Source of the DNA: Takakia lepidozioides
Lineage: Eukaryota > Plantae > Bryophyta
DNA: 64,000 nucleotides
Direction: 5' to 3'
Assembly (NCBI GenBank): GCA_030704615.1
Contig: CM060732.1
Span: forward strand, 37,448,001-37,512,000
Shown: positions 24,956 to 38,713 of the stretch, one piece after another
Position numbering within the stretch: position 1 is the first letter of the stretch
Layout of the letters: each line of letters opens with the position of its first letter
Notes under the pieces: model-generated
The model's database searches: none
The model's input: the letters and a program-made list of their open reading frames with translations, nothing else
What the model was told of the DNA's origin: nothing
Program-made: the position numbers and the translations under genes

Positions 24956-26700
24956 TCAAGCGAGCAGCGTCTGCTTTGTTACAGTCTGTGTTCTCAGTGG
25001 CCCTGTTTCACTTTCGTTGCTGCTCCCTGTTTCTTCAAGGCTGACCGCACATTTTACTTCTTTGGAGGTTCTCCCTGCTTTCTTGGCTCTTCTCGTCCTT
25101 TTGGATATGGAGGTCCTTGTGTATGTCTTCCGTTTGCAGAGCGTCGGTTTCATTGGATTTTCGTTTCGGAAGTGCTCTGGTGCAAGTTGAGATCACCTAC
25201 TATTCCCTTCCAAGTGGCTGCGGGATTTGAAGACCTTGCTGCTGGCTGTGTTGTTATTCTGTTACGACTTTCCAAGTCCCATAGGTCTTCCCTGGCCCAG
25301 TCGTTTCCATCCGTCTTTCGCTTCTGTAGCTGCTCTTTGGCTGCCATTTTACTAGCATCAAATGCTTTTTGAATCTGGTTCTGGTCGACGAAGAGGATCG
25401 CCGCTACTTCAAGCTCAAGAAATTACTTGATTGAGGTATATTGGCGTTCTCTTTACCTTACCAGTTCTGCCGTAGTGGGCGTGAGCTTTCCATTTCCTGG
25501 GCTGATGGTACGCATGTCAAATTGTTACAAAGGTTAAGCCATACGGCTTAGGGTATTGATGGCCTTCATCTATGCTCATATGCCCGTCTTCAAAGTCTGG
25601 GAAGACAAGTGTGCTCAATCTTTTTCAGCATGTGCCTCTCTTATCTATTGTCCAACTATCTTGCCTTGCAGTTTCTTGGTACCTTTTCTTCTGTTGTGGA
25701 ATCCGGTGGTACATCCTTTTTTGTCATTCCTGTGGACCGATGATGCCTACGCCTAACAGCAACTGAAATCACCAGAATCCATTGAGCACTGAGAAAGTCG
25801 TAGTCCATAACTGACATGACCATTTCCAACAACTAACTGTGCGACTTTGAAAGGTTTCCTAACGGGTTTTCCTAATCTGATAGTGTGTGGATCTTGAGCA
25901 ACTGCGTCACGACTCACTGGGTCCAGCAAGAGTCCCTTGGGTCAGGCGGGTGAAAGGGATTGCACTTGTATGTCTGTTGTCACAGTTAGTCAAAGTGCAG
26001 GTCACTTCATTGCTGGGCCCCCTCTCTCTCTCAAAGGATTTCATGATGGGTCAATGTTGCTGTGGACAAGTTTGCATGTGAAATCTCTGATCTCTCTCAT
26101 TGATTAGCTCATCTCAAGTTTGAAGGCATTCCTAAGAAATTCTGACCTGTAGAAGTAACACGTACAAGCACAAGTACATGTGAGCCAAAGAGGAAAAAAG
26201 CACAAAATTAACTGATTTGTTTTGACAGAAATTTTCCAAAAGGACAGTCAGCATGACAGCTAGATGTTCATGATATCCCTGGAGCCCATGCAGGATCATA
26301 CTACCTATGCAAAACCTTGCAGATGTATGCAACCAGGCGACGAAATCGAAGTCAGCAAGCCAAAGCAATGGACTTGGCTGTCAGACATGAGCTTCACGAC
26401 CTTACTTTCAGTTTCATTCTCTTTATCTTCCTCTTCCTTGGGTCCTTTGGGCCTTCCATGGATGTCTTTTTTTACCACCCCTACACAATCAGTGTGCATG
26501 GTGTCTTAACCTTCTTCAGAGTAATTCGTGGTGCTCACCACAATGGGGTAACTATAAACGCCAATAGTGCGAAATGCATGCACTCCCCAGCGCACCTTGA
26601 GAGCATCCCACTTCCCTTCCTTTCTCTTCCTCTCTCAGAAAGTTCAGTCGTCAATGCATGCAGGGCGCACCTCTCAATCGCTCACACCTACAACTGAAGA
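24956..26700 (-). pseudogene. Unidentified decayed coding sequence, interrupted by the inverted duplicate
   Basis: Long stop-interrupted frames (FLELEVAAILFVDQNQIQKAFDASKMAAKEQLQK...; VVGVSD.EVRP...KWDALKVRWG). Confidence 0.3.
26033..26575 (+). repeat. Inverted duplicate of an internal part of the cilium-like gene (partner 40440-41143, minus)
   Basis: Reverse-complement match including the LDVHDIPGAH / GDEIE.SKPKQW exon. It lacks the LINE insert present at 40587-40720. Confidence 0.9.
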
Positions 26701-26815
26701 CATTGCAGGGAGTAGCGTAGGTTAGTGTTATCAATGCCAAAGTGAGGGAGAGAATGTCAGTAGTAAAGCAGCAAGACGACAATGCAGCAAAATAACTGAT
26801 TCCATGACCAACAGC

Positions 26816-28424
26816 CAGTGTTGTTTTTTGACAGGTAGCCCTACCGTTTTTGTGACAGGTTATTTTTTTTTTTGACTTTCACTGTGATTGACAACTTTGA
26901 GAAAATGCCTTTCACATGACAGGTTGACAGATTTTTGACCTTTCACACAATTTTGTCATATGAAATTAAAACGAAAAATGAATTCTGACATAGCATAACC
27001 AGATCTGCATACCCTTTATTGCAGTCTCATTGTAAGCCAGCCACTAGATCATTCATGCCCTTTAAGAAAACTGAGTCTCAAACTGAGCTTTCAAGTCATT
27101 CATCATTGAAGGAGACAATCAACACCCTTGATTTATGCCCTCATAGAAAGAAATGAGCCATAAGAAGTGTGAACTTCTTACAACTACGATTAGTGAAGCT
27201 CCAGTCCGTCAATACATATGGTATTGTCTTTACTATTTTCATGGGTTCCAACCCAAACATGTAGCATTCGTACCACTAATTCTCTAACTATAAGACTTTA
27301 GCATTTTTAACCTCTTCATACGAAGCCCCAAGCCTCTCTTCTTTGAGAGATATTTTCTTGGCTTATCAATGAGCTAGGAAATACAACATGCCAGATGATT
27401 GTAAGTTCGTAAGTAAAGATTTAGTTTTCCCATATCATCTTCGTTTTTTAGACTCCTACTTCCCCCCTGCCTGCAGGGTGTTCCCCTTTCGACACGCTTT
27501 TAGGGCCTTCTTGGAGGTCATTTTTTCCTCCCTCTGATCTGCTTTATACCCACCTTGTTTAATAAAGTACCCAGGGCCACTGTCCACTGTTCTCTTAATT
27601 TAAAAATAAATAAAAATAATGCAGGATGGCCGCGTCGAATTAGGTGCAGTTGTTTGAATATGGCACCTCCTCCACAACAAATGCTTTTGAAATAGGATCA
27701 GGAGATGGACTCAAGAAGAATTTTTTTGGCACTGCTGTGGCTGCGGGTACCCCTATCAGGGAGAACAAGTCAAACAGGCACTACATGTTTTGAACCAGCA
27801 ATTCATTTTGGCCGCCAGACTCCAATACTTAATTGTGCATTTTACAAGGGTGTATCAAGAGTGAAGACCCTAAACGGGAAAGCAAGACATTATCCAAAAT
27901 GGATTCGAGCCAAATATCCGTCTACTCAACACCCTTGTCAAATAAAAAAGAAAAAAAGAAAAAGAAAACTAAGAATGGAGGCTAGAGCACGCATAGGAAA
28001 CAAAGAGGGAGAGCCTACTTAGAGGTTTAAGGCTTGAAACACAAAAAAGAAGGGCTGGCAGTGCCTCGGTGAGGCTCCCCTAGGTGGAACTAGTAAGATT
28101 AATAATAACTATTAACAATTTGTACCTTTTTTAGCCTCTCTTAGGTGGACTTACTAATAAAATTGCTAATAACTATCAGTAATGTAGATTCTCTATTCAT
28201 AACTTGTACCTTTCAGGCTTTGTGAGCCTCTCCTAGGTGGATTTAGTAATAAAATTACCCCTTATCAGAAATTCCTGCCTTTCTTTTGACAGGCTATTTT
28301 TGTTTTTGACTTTCACTGTGATAGGCATTTTTTTCTCATTGCCTTTCTTTGGACAGGCTCTTTTTTTTTTTTTTTTTTTTTTCGCCTGTCAAATGCCTTG
28401 TGACAGGTGCAAAAATCAGCCTTG
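26816..28424. mobile_element. Non-autonomous hAT-type element (~1.6 kb)
   Basis: Ends CAGTGTTGTTTTTTG / CAAAAATCAGCCTTG, 8-bp TSD CCAACAGC / ACAACAGC (7/8), subterminal TGACAGG repeats at both ends. Confidence 0.75.
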
Positions 28425-29282
28425 ACAACAGCCCTTGCCCCCATAACGGCCACCTGCACACACGCCGCAGGTCACTGAACCTCCAACAAACGAGCGAGTC
28501 TTTTAAAGCAAAACGAGTTGTGGGGTAGAGAAGCAAAACGTGCAAAATTGGGTTTCGCCAACAAAACTTTGAAACTTGGATTTTCGCCAGCGAACTTGGG
28601 CTTCCTTGGTGAAATTGGGGTTTAAGAAAAAAAAGAAAAAGTTTCTCCCTTTCAAGCTCCTTCTATATGTTTAAAATTATATTTACACACCATGTAGACC
28701 CTATTAACGCATAAAGACCCTATGTCCATCTATTATATGTATTTCCGCTGGCATACATATCACCCATTACCATGGATCCTACTCAAGTGGGGGTTTTTCA
28801 TGCTCATGCCTTTTGGTCGTTGTTGTTCCTTGTTTGCATTTGTTTGCTGTCCATTGTCTTGCCTTGCATTGTTGCGCATTCAGGCTCCTTATCTGCTTGG
28901 CGTCAATAGAGAAGGCGGCTGCTGTCAGTGTGCTGTTATGACTACCTTCAACAACCCTCCCCTTGCTCCGGAACACTTAGCTAAGGAGGCTTTTGCGATT
29001 GCTGAATGGGTGAGGGGCCTAGGGGCGAGTGAGGAACAAGTGTCTCAACTTGTTGCGACGAGAATTATTTAGTGAGCATGAAACGCCATGCTCGAATCAC
29101 TTGGTCAACATTCCCTATGCCAGCTAATTTTCGCCGCTTGTGGCGTCGTCAAGCAGCTGAAGTGCTAGGGTGGGTTGAATGGAAAGAGAAGGGCCATCCC
29201 AGAGGGTTCTTTTCCGACATGATTCTTTTCCGACATCAATGAGCTGCTGAGGGGGTTAGTGTGGCCACATTATGGAACCTAA

Positions 29283-30191
29283 GGTAGTGGCATCTAGAAG
29301 TGTGCGTTGCCTTTACCTGTCCCCTATTTTTGATGAATGAAGTCACTGCTTTCATCCCAGTACTGTGCACTTTTGCAATGGAGGCAGTTCAAGGTTAATT
29401 ACTGCTTTGGATTAGGTGCAACATGGAGTGTTTTGGGAGTATGGAGGGCTTAATTAATGGTGGGTTAGTGAAGCTAACTACACAGCCATCTAGTGATTCT
29501 CATTTCAAATTCCCCATTCGTTTTTGAAAGTGGAGGCGGGTATTTCGGGACAATGGCCGGTTAATAAGCAGCCAAACATGAATGCAAATGGGATGCATGG
29601 CTCACTTTAGATAGTGCTACTTTGCACACTTTTATCATGCTTCAGTTTACGGGAGAATGGGAAATGAAGGAGCCGTCGAGTCTTCCAGCTCTCTCCACGA
29701 GGTCGGCTAGTTTAGGGTTCTAGGATGGCCATGTCTTAGGAGATGTAGGTCAACTCAGGGCAGACTTAGGGGTCCTACTTCTCCGTGTATGGTCAGATTT
29801 TGCACAGGTCATCATCCATGCAAGGAAAGCTACGGGTCCTTCCATCCGTAGATGTGCGCAGAATTCGGCATTGGGAGACACGTACTTCTGGGCCCACACA
29901 TGGCCTGGTTTTGGTAATTCTTTGAGAAAGGTGTAGGTGCACACCTTGTGCATTTAAGCACCTTTAAGCACATATCAGGGATGAATATATGGCATTACAG
30001 GAGGGACCTACAGAGCAGAAGTGGGATAATATGTAGTTTGACTTTGATAATCCATATATAATACATCAAAATTATGTGCTTTGCACAAGTAATTGTTGCT
30101 TCATTTGCTATTCTGCTCATATAATTTTTGAGACACTGCACCCTTTGAGCAGTGCACACTACTTAAATGCACACTTCTAGATACCACTACC
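29283..30191. mobile_element. PIF/Harbinger (Tourist-type) non-autonomous element, 909 bp
   Basis: TIRs GGTAGTGGCATCTAGAAGTGTGC / GCACACTTCTAGATACCACTACC (1 mismatch), TAA/TCA 3-bp flanks. Empty site in the paralog at ~19840 (atggaacct..cgagtc). Confidence 0.8.
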
Positions 30192-31929
30192 TCATAGCGA
30201 GTCAAGCCGATCTGTTTGATCAGCATAAAATCCAAATGCGTCCCAAGTCCTAACCAATAATGCTAGAGCTATCATGACTGGATGTTGCAAAGGGTTATGC
30301 TGGGCATTACTTACAATGAAGTGGGGTGGTATGCTGGAGCCCTGGACCGAGTTTTGGCCAGTGTGAATGACAGGGTAAGTTAGCAGGCCAAAACAATCAA
30401 ACGTATAAATAGTTTCAGGTACACTATCTAGCATCATGTGTTGTGTCACCACCTTATTCCCAAGTGTTACCGACAATGTTGGTTATCGCATGTTTATTAT
30501 GATCGTCCTTGAAATATAATCATTATCGATTGGATATAAATATCACACCATGCGGTTCTTTTTTCTGTTAATACCAGACCGGTATTGATAAATGCCCTGG
30601 TATCTTTCAAAGTCTTCATATTGATACCAGTAAAACACCACACCAATAATGTATTATTGATGCCACCATGGTATTCAAATATCAGATTCTTCCCAATGCC
30701 AGTGCTTCCCTGGTATCGCAATTGGACGAAGGCCTCATACCAGTACCAGTCTGGTATGTTCGTAACAGTTCACATTGAACCTGGTGAAGTTGCAATAGGG
30801 GATCATAACCTGTCGCACAAACCCCAGAAGGTCCCCAGCTTGCAGCTACTGGAGCCAAGAACAGCCCCTTCCCAAACTGGTATGAACTGGCTTTACGAAG
30901 GATCCTCGGCCCACTGCCTTTGACAGCAACAGCAGGGAAGAAGTGTCACTGGGGCTCTAGTCCCTCTTCTGGGGGCTAGAGCCCTACTAAGGCCCTAACA
31001 GCCGCAATGTCTTGCGTACGATGGAAGTCCTGAATGCGCACTTTGGCAGGAACAAATGGTTTCAGGGGGCCTGCCACTGCTCTCCACATTACTTCACTTC
31101 CTCTTTTATTGCTTACAGGATACATTGCCCTACAAGCCAGAAGCCAACAGTCATTTTCTCACCCTCACCCCTCTATTTCTCTTGACGGATACGCAGAGAC
31201 TCTCCCCTGAAGGGAACATGAACATGAACAGTTACTTCAAACAGCCACCGGTGAGCATGCTTTAAATGTGTGTGTGTGTGTGCAAAACATGTCAATGTGT
31301 GCACAACCAACAACCAACAATGTCCGAGCTCACATGTCCTTATAAGGTGGTTCTGTTATCTGTGAAAGCTATTTATTGTGAGAGGAAAGGTCCCGTTCTT
31401 CATAAAGCATGTATGGAAGATTGCAAACCAATCTGATGGTCAAGAATACTATAAATCCAAAATAACCCAATTGGTACAAAACCTGAATATGCAACCATTC
31501 TCGCCAAAGTCTTCAATGCAAAGCAATTTCGACTACTCCTGCCTTGTGATAGGAGCAGTAACCACAACACATAGTACCAGGAGCAGTTCACAATTCATGC
31601 GATATCCATTTCGATTCAGGCATTTAACATAGGTAGAGTAGCACTTACTGATTGAGAGGAGGAAACCTCGAAAATTGTCGTTCTCTAAGTGAACCAGGGG
31701 TAGTGTGCGCTACCATTGCACCCATAGACTTTGCTGTTTCCAATGCTGCTAGACTTGCTCTTTGCTCAGCAGGTTTCTGTCCACATGCAACCAACCTGTA
31801 AATTCTAGGAAGGAACAGGGCAAGTCTTGGCTAGGCAAAAAGCAGTTCTGCATAGTGAGGGGCACCCTTTTCCATGGTTGTCACGATGCATTGCCTTGCT
31901 TGAACGACTGCTACTACCTCCTTTCTCTC

Positions 31930-32005
31930 ATGTTTTCTTCCATTTTGTCCCATAAGCTCTACGAGCTTTCCGCGGACGTTATAAAGCACCATTTCATTTC
32001 ATTTC
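31930..32005 (+). mobile_element. 5'-truncated LINE 3' end with (CATTT)n tail
   Basis: Near-identical to 38714-38795 (minus). Absent at the paralogous site ~21665. Hairpin AAGCTC-TAC-GAGCTT. Confidence 0.8.
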
Positions 32006-35000
32006 TCCCCCTCACTCACCCACACTGCTCATTCTGTATACAGCATCCTGACTGCTTGTGAGTTATGCTGCCTAAGCTATCATTAACAGTTCAACATCCG
32101 GTGGCTAAGTCCGACTGATTGCAAATAGTTAGTAGTCTAGCAATGCGTTATGCAGCTGCAACTTGCTAGACTTTGGTTCTGTTTCCCATGCTTTACTGAA
32201 ACCTAAGTTATGCTAAAAGATATTCCCTCATCGGAGAGAAAAGTATAACTGCAATGAGTTGTCTTCCTTTGATAGTAGTTCCAACTGGAGGTTGGAGTCC
32301 TTCTTGTTAGACAGGGGTGACACACATCCATTAGGCCAATCAAAAGAGCTCACAATGCTCAGAATCTCAGTTAATGATTAACTTCTCAAACAAAAAATTA
32401 AAGGCCCATTGCATCAGAGCACAATGTGGACTCAGTTCTGAAGAGAGCTGTAGTGTTACCAAGCTTTAATTCTTGTTGCATACAATACCATACAGCCATG
32501 GATTATATATACTGCAAGAGAAGAGTTCAACTTACCTCACATGTGTGGGTTGCAAGGTCTGCAAGGGGAAGCGAGTCCATTTGCTGGTAGATTTACAGAC
32601 CAAAAACACCGAATTGCATGAATACAGTGAGGAATAAGAGCAAGTGCAGCCTGGATGAATCAGTTGCATCCTTCGATATATAAAGCAAGACCAGCCAAAC
32701 TCTGTACTTGGAAGTGAAGGATGCTGACATTGCAATTCTTGCTACTGTTAGACATTATCATGAAAATGCCTTCCTTAAATGCATCCCCAAGCATGCAGAC
32801 TGGATCCCAAAATGAGGGAGAAGCTGCCCAAGCCAGTGTGAGACACATTACCAATAGGGCTCCTGCCTCTTCGAGAGGTGGATCCATTGCTGACTTATTG
32901 TACTTAGGATGCAAAGGACTACAGTCTTGAGTTTGGTTTGTAATGCAAAAAAACAAGAATACCTGGCATGCTGATGGCCTGTGATCCAAGTCTGCTGAAG
33001 CTAAAGTCACCCGGCGCACTGGCATAGATGGGGGCATCACACTTAGCTTTTTCTTGGCAGTAAGTGGTGTTGGAAAGTACTCGTACTGCTGTTCGCCTTT
33101 CTTGCGATCTTCATTTTGTAGTCTTCCCAGAACCTCCGCATAACTGTGACCCCACCTCTCAAGTTACTCTCCCTGAATCTAAGTCAACTAGTTGAACTTG
33201 GCTGAAGATTTTCAAAATTGGACCAAGTTGGTCAGCAGTCACAACTTAAGAGGAAGTTAAGATAGAGACCATGAAGGCGCACTTTCGGGAACTTGAATTG
33301 GTTATGAACCTGGGGTGCCTTGCACAGTCACTCACATAAGACCTTTCTCTCTTGACGGAGGCCATGAGCCCGTTTTCTTGCACTGGGTTCAAGAACGTGA
33401 GTCTCGAATTCAGATTTTGAAAACAGAAATTCTGCTTACGAGGTCTAAGGCTTGATCAGTCACCAAATTACTGTCGGACTTCCAAGCAGAAGGTAAACAA
33501 TTTTATGCCAAGTGATTTAGAAGGAATCACCGGCCATCTGTAGCATGAAATGAGCAACTTGGCTTGACAGTACCACAAATGCGATTGATGATCACATGAA
33601 TCAGCACATTATAATTTATTAAAAATGTCATTCACAATCGAAAACTGGTTCGTGGTGACTAAGGGTTGTGGGTACTTCAAACTCGATGAGCTGAGGTACT
33701 AGTCTATGCTAGAATATTCATCCAGAGATGTAATGAAGACATACACAAGTTGCAGACTACCTATGTTTGAGATCTAGTGATGTCAAAAACAGAATGTAGA
33801 AACATATAGTGATTACATATACACATTATTACTTTACCGTAAATTGCTGGTTCTGGCCATTATTCAGTTCGCATGCTACATGATGGCATGAAAACTGAGT
33901 GAGATCTTTAATGAGACCACATGAGCTCCGCTCACTGAGCAGGGTGGCTGTGATTGACAGACCTCAGATGCCAGTTATTCACAATACACTTACCACCACG
34001 GAAGTGAACTTGCAGCCTGCGTTACAAATTGAAGCAGCAAATTACTCTGGGTAGTGGTAATTCATATGCACATGCACGGGGAGGAAAACATGGCAGAGAG
34101 TCTAAACTTGTATCGCCAACCCCGATTAGCGGTTCCAACTCCAGCCAAGGGTAGTTTTTGACTTGGTCTGCGCAACACTGGCATACCAGTAAGCGGATTA
34201 TATAGCTGCTCATTCTCTGACCTGCAACCCACTAATCCCACTTTTCACGTGAGTACGTTCCAAAGATCATTGGAAACATCATCTCGTGACACCAGGCTGT
34301 ACCTGCTCAGTACACCAAGATATGCATTTTTTCCGTGTCAAATTATTTTCATCCATAAACCTTGAAAGAAAAGCCATTCAGAACATCCTCCCATCCTGAC
34401 CGGCGAGTTTTCTTGTACACCATTGAGGGAAAGAGAGGAAGAGTGGGGGGTGTGTTCAGGGTACCATTGGACAGTGCTTCTTCCATATGGAGCAAGTGGT
34501 TCAATGACTGCAGCTCCTTGGCCCAGGCATGACGGCGATCCCCAAAATCCCACATCAAATCCCAATGGCCTGGGGATGTCCAACTCCAACCTGCTCCATC
34601 ATCAAGCAACCATAATCTATAATTATTCTTTGTTCCAAAACAGGTGGGCATCTGCATGTAGGATAAGCAACCAAGAAGCATGAGACACAGTGCAACTGAT
34701 TTGCTGTCAATGTTCAAGCCAGACTCGCAGGACACGTTCTTCTTGTGTACCTCCTCCTTCAAGCTCTTGACATCCCACATATGTTGGGAGTATCTTTGGG
34801 TCTTCTGCATTGTGCATGAGAAAAAAGAACAAAAAATGGCACAACAGTCTGAAAGGGTCCTGAACTTTTCAACGATCACACAAACTTCCGAGAGTAAAGC
34901 ACATGTCGTGACTACTGACAGGATTCTTTCAAACATCTATTGATCGATATACAGTTTAAAGACATGCATTTTACGGTCAGATTCAAGGGCAGGAAACCGT

Positions 35001-35029
35001 CCTCCATTTTGTGAGTGTGTGAGAGAGAA

Positions 35030-37128
35030 TGTACTCATAAGACGTTGTTTAGCGTAGCCTTGTGGCCATTGACCCAGCGCCCACTTTGAGCAGAACACAA
35101 AGGGACAGAACCTACCTTTGTTAGGGGCTGATGCCAGTAGTAAGACTTACCTTGGAATAAACAATTGATCGGGGTTTTCCAGATATTTTCTAGAAATCCC
35201 TTTAGACAAGCATCAACCTGCTGTGTGTGGTTTGCCCAATAACTAGGCCCCAAAAGGGCCTGGGCTTTTGGCTCAGCCTCGAGACTTTCAAAGTTGGTAA
35301 ACAGAGGTACAGGCACAATTCCCTCGATAGATTTGAAGAGAGCGTCTCTCTGGTGAGAGAACCCTGGATAATGAATCAGAAAACGAATATTGTCTTCAGG
35401 TTGCCCACCCAACCGGCTCTCTCCCTTTCCTCTCTGCTTCTGTTTGCTGTTCAAAGGTAGGCTTCCCGCCCTGCGTTTAAATTTCAGTCTAGTGCCGAGA
35501 GTGGGTAGACCCTTAAGGTCATCCATGATGTCCTCCCCCATGACACAGACTGGAAACAAGTTCAGGGAAGTTTTCTGCCTAACCTCATTTTCATCAGACA
35601 ATTTCCTGGCAACAGACATGGCTTTGGACACTACAGCCTCTAAGTCAGATTTATCCAGCAAGGTCAAGACTTGCGGGCTAAGATGAGATCCTTGAGAATC
35701 TCTTCTATTCTCTTCCGCCAGGACTTAGCCTGTTTGACAGGGCGATCCCGCTTCCAAGAAATAGAGTCGATCAACTTAGGATATCTGATGTTGGACATAT
35801 GTTGCAGCTGACCCCACCATCTAAGCTTGAATTTATCTTGTCGGGAGCTTAAGGAAGGGATGCCAAACTCACCCCGAACAGCCACATTGGCTGTTTTGGA
35901 GCATGCTGACATGCTCTCCTTAAGCACCCCCCACTTGAATGGATTCTAGAGACTTAGCCTGGTTGGAGTTATCAACCCATATCGCAGATGCGTACTCCAG
36001 CAAGGCAGGTCTAATAACGCAAGAAAGCATGTTTTTTTTTTTTTTAACCTCAGAGTTGATCCCTCTGCAGTGGAAAAAATTTAGTGAGACCCAGCGTTTT
36101 GCGCTTGCAGTTTGAACAACTTTCTGCATATGTGCACCCCAATAACAGTTGGAGGAAAACTCAACGCAGAGGTATGTGTAGGAAGGGAGGACTGGAATCT
36201 CATGGCTTCCCACTGCCACTTGAGATCACCTCCTCCCTCTCCTGAGCATACAAGTTATGGACACCTCTCCACATCTTCCCTTGATCCCATATGACCAGAG
36301 TCGGAGCCATAGACCGTCTCTAAACACTGTCGCATAAGCCTTTTTGACATCCAAGAAAAATACGAAAGTGGGTTTCCCTTCTTTCTTCCTTCCCTGGATA
36401 ATCTGGCTTAGGGTGAAGATATGATCCACACAGCCCCTGTTTCGCCGAAAGCCAGCTTGGACTTTGTGGAAACAACCTCTAGATCCCAGATCAACCTCGA
36501 GACGAGTACTTATAACTCTGCAAAATATCTTGCCAACTGCATTGAGGAGAGTGATTCCTCGGTAGTTCCCCGGTTCTTCTCTGTCACCCTTCTTGTATAG
36601 ATTGACAATGACCCCCTGTCGCCAGCGAAAGGGGGTCATTTCAGTCCTCCAGATAACGTTAAAGAGAAGTACAAGGGCCTCTATCATGGGATCGGCACCG
36701 TACTTGATCAGCTTGTTGACTATCTTTGCGGATCTGGTAGTACTTAGCCCACAATTCTTTGTTGGTATCCAAATTGCAGCACTCTTTATGGAGGACTCAT
36801 CTCTCAGCTATCTTGAGTTTAATCTCATTGGTCCACCAATTAACAGCTCTACCGCCTCCCAATGATCTTGTCAGCCACAGAGGAGACAAAACTCTCCCAA
36901 GAATCCACTGCCCTTTCGACTTCATTTCTTGCTTTGCCAGAGCGAGACTGAAGGTCTTGGAGTGAGTGGACAAAATGAGGGAGAGCCTCTTGCAGGGCCT
37001 GGACATACTCAGCCTTGACGTCTTCATTTTGGAATTTTTCTATGCACCACTTCCGACTCGAACGTGTCACAGATCTCTTGGTGTTGGGAAAACACCTTTT
37101 GATCTCAGTCCAAACCAGGAAGTGGTTG
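35030..37128 (-). mobile_element. RTE-like LINE, 5'-truncated and internally deleted
   Basis: End of APE domain (HFLVWTEI), RT motifs WRQGVIVNLYKKGDREEPGNYRGITLL...QAGFRRNRGCVDHIFTL...FFLDVKKAY; the YADD region is missing. C-terminal SYTYL.VEF, IRP.LEYAS.IW and degenerate zinc finger. Flanked by (CT)n(CA)n. Confidence 0.9.
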
Positions 37129-38713
37129 TGTGTGTGTGTGAGAGAGAGAGTGGAAGGGAGAGAGGTACTCATTACACTGTCCTTGCCCTCAACTTGTGGC
37201 CATTGCGTTCACGAGGAGTACAAGGAGGCCACTACCATCAGTGAATCCTTGCTTCCACAGTGGAACTCCAAAATTTTAGTAGATTAAATTAATCTGATCA
37301 GCTCCATCATCGCTGGGGGCTCCAGATGGAGCTACTTTTGTGTGCTGGCCTTGTAGACTGTATAGCTAATACATCCTCGACATGGCATCCACATGTTCTC
37401 AATCCATGTGAGGGTAAAGAGAGAGAAAAGAGGAACAGTCCGGTTCCGAAAGGGCGAACGACTATTGGGACACCAAGCAAAGGCAGCTTGGCTAAAGGGC
37501 ACAGCTAACCTAGCTTACAAACTGTATTGCACGAAATGGGAAAAGTAAAAGAGGTGGAAATGGAGGAGTACCCGTCGCAATGCTTGAGAGCCCTCGAAAA
37601 GTTTTCATACCTTCAAACCCACCATAGCCAGCCAGAGTCAGAAGATCCTCCCAGACATGTCAGAACTTTGGGACAGCTGCATATCTTCACCTCGAATTTG
37701 AGGATCCAGACCTCAAAAGAGTGAGTACAAATTAGCTCTGTTGTGGCTTGGGGTTCATAAAGTGACAGTTCTGGAGACTACATCATCAGACCTTTTGGAC
37801 GCGTGGAGGTATGAACTCGGTATATTTTATCTCTTCTGCTCCAAGTGGTACCTAGAACACCGAGATTTGTGGAGCTGGCTATGAGCTTCTTCCCTCTGTC
37901 TTCAGTTTATGTTACAGTGAAAGATGATCCAGGTGTGTTGTCTATAAAGATGGTTCCAGTGAATGGTTCCAGTGAAAGGTGCATAATATTGCAAGAGTGA
38001 GTGCCCAGCAGCCCGGAGCTGAACAGGTTGAGTGGGAAGTTATTAAACCCTACCTACTTGTTGAAGGGGTTTTATAAAGAGTAAAGGGAAGGGTATGAAA
38101 CATGCTTACTTGACATTGCCTAGTTTATCAGGGTCTGCGTACGTTATAAGTTTCTTGAACTCAGTGTCTGTACAATAGAATCCAAATTGCTCCAAGCTGA
38201 AGCGGAACACATCATAGGTAACCTGCCATGCTGACATTGTCAGTTCAGATGAGCTGATTACACCACTTTTGATAGTATCTGATGACAATATCACAACTAA
38301 GGACAAAAACTTGCAATGAAGTGTTCATTTCCATGTTAGTGAGGGTATGTAATGCTGGAGAAGCTGACAAACCCTGGCCTGAGGTATTTTAGCTCTCCCT
38401 CCTTTTTTTAATCTCACGGGTCACAAGGCTACAGCAAGCATGACCACATTTAAGACACTCACCATCTGCAAATGAAGGAATGTAGTTTGGTCTATACATG
38501 ATACAGGGTACTTTTACAGCCTTATCATCTGCCAGCTGGGGTTCAGATAATTAAATACGATGAGAACAGGGATAATATAGTCATTGCCGGCGGCAGCAGT
38601 AAAGTTGTTACCCCTGCACCTGGTTTTGAAGGGGAGAAAGAGGGAGAAGAAGATGATAATATTTTTGTTACCTTACAATACATGAGGTCCAGATGATCAA
38701 TGGAGACACAGAA

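Larger units (their letters stand above)
29272..33424. repeat. Segmental direct duplication, copy B
   Basis: Matches 19835-23204 and carries extra MITE (29283-30191) and LINE-end (31930-32005) insertions. Confidence 0.95.

Noticed and set aside
34349-34936. 195-aa minus-strand ORF next to the RTE element
   Set aside because: No recognisable motif; the plus strand has only a faint LINE-like GLG motif, too weak to call.
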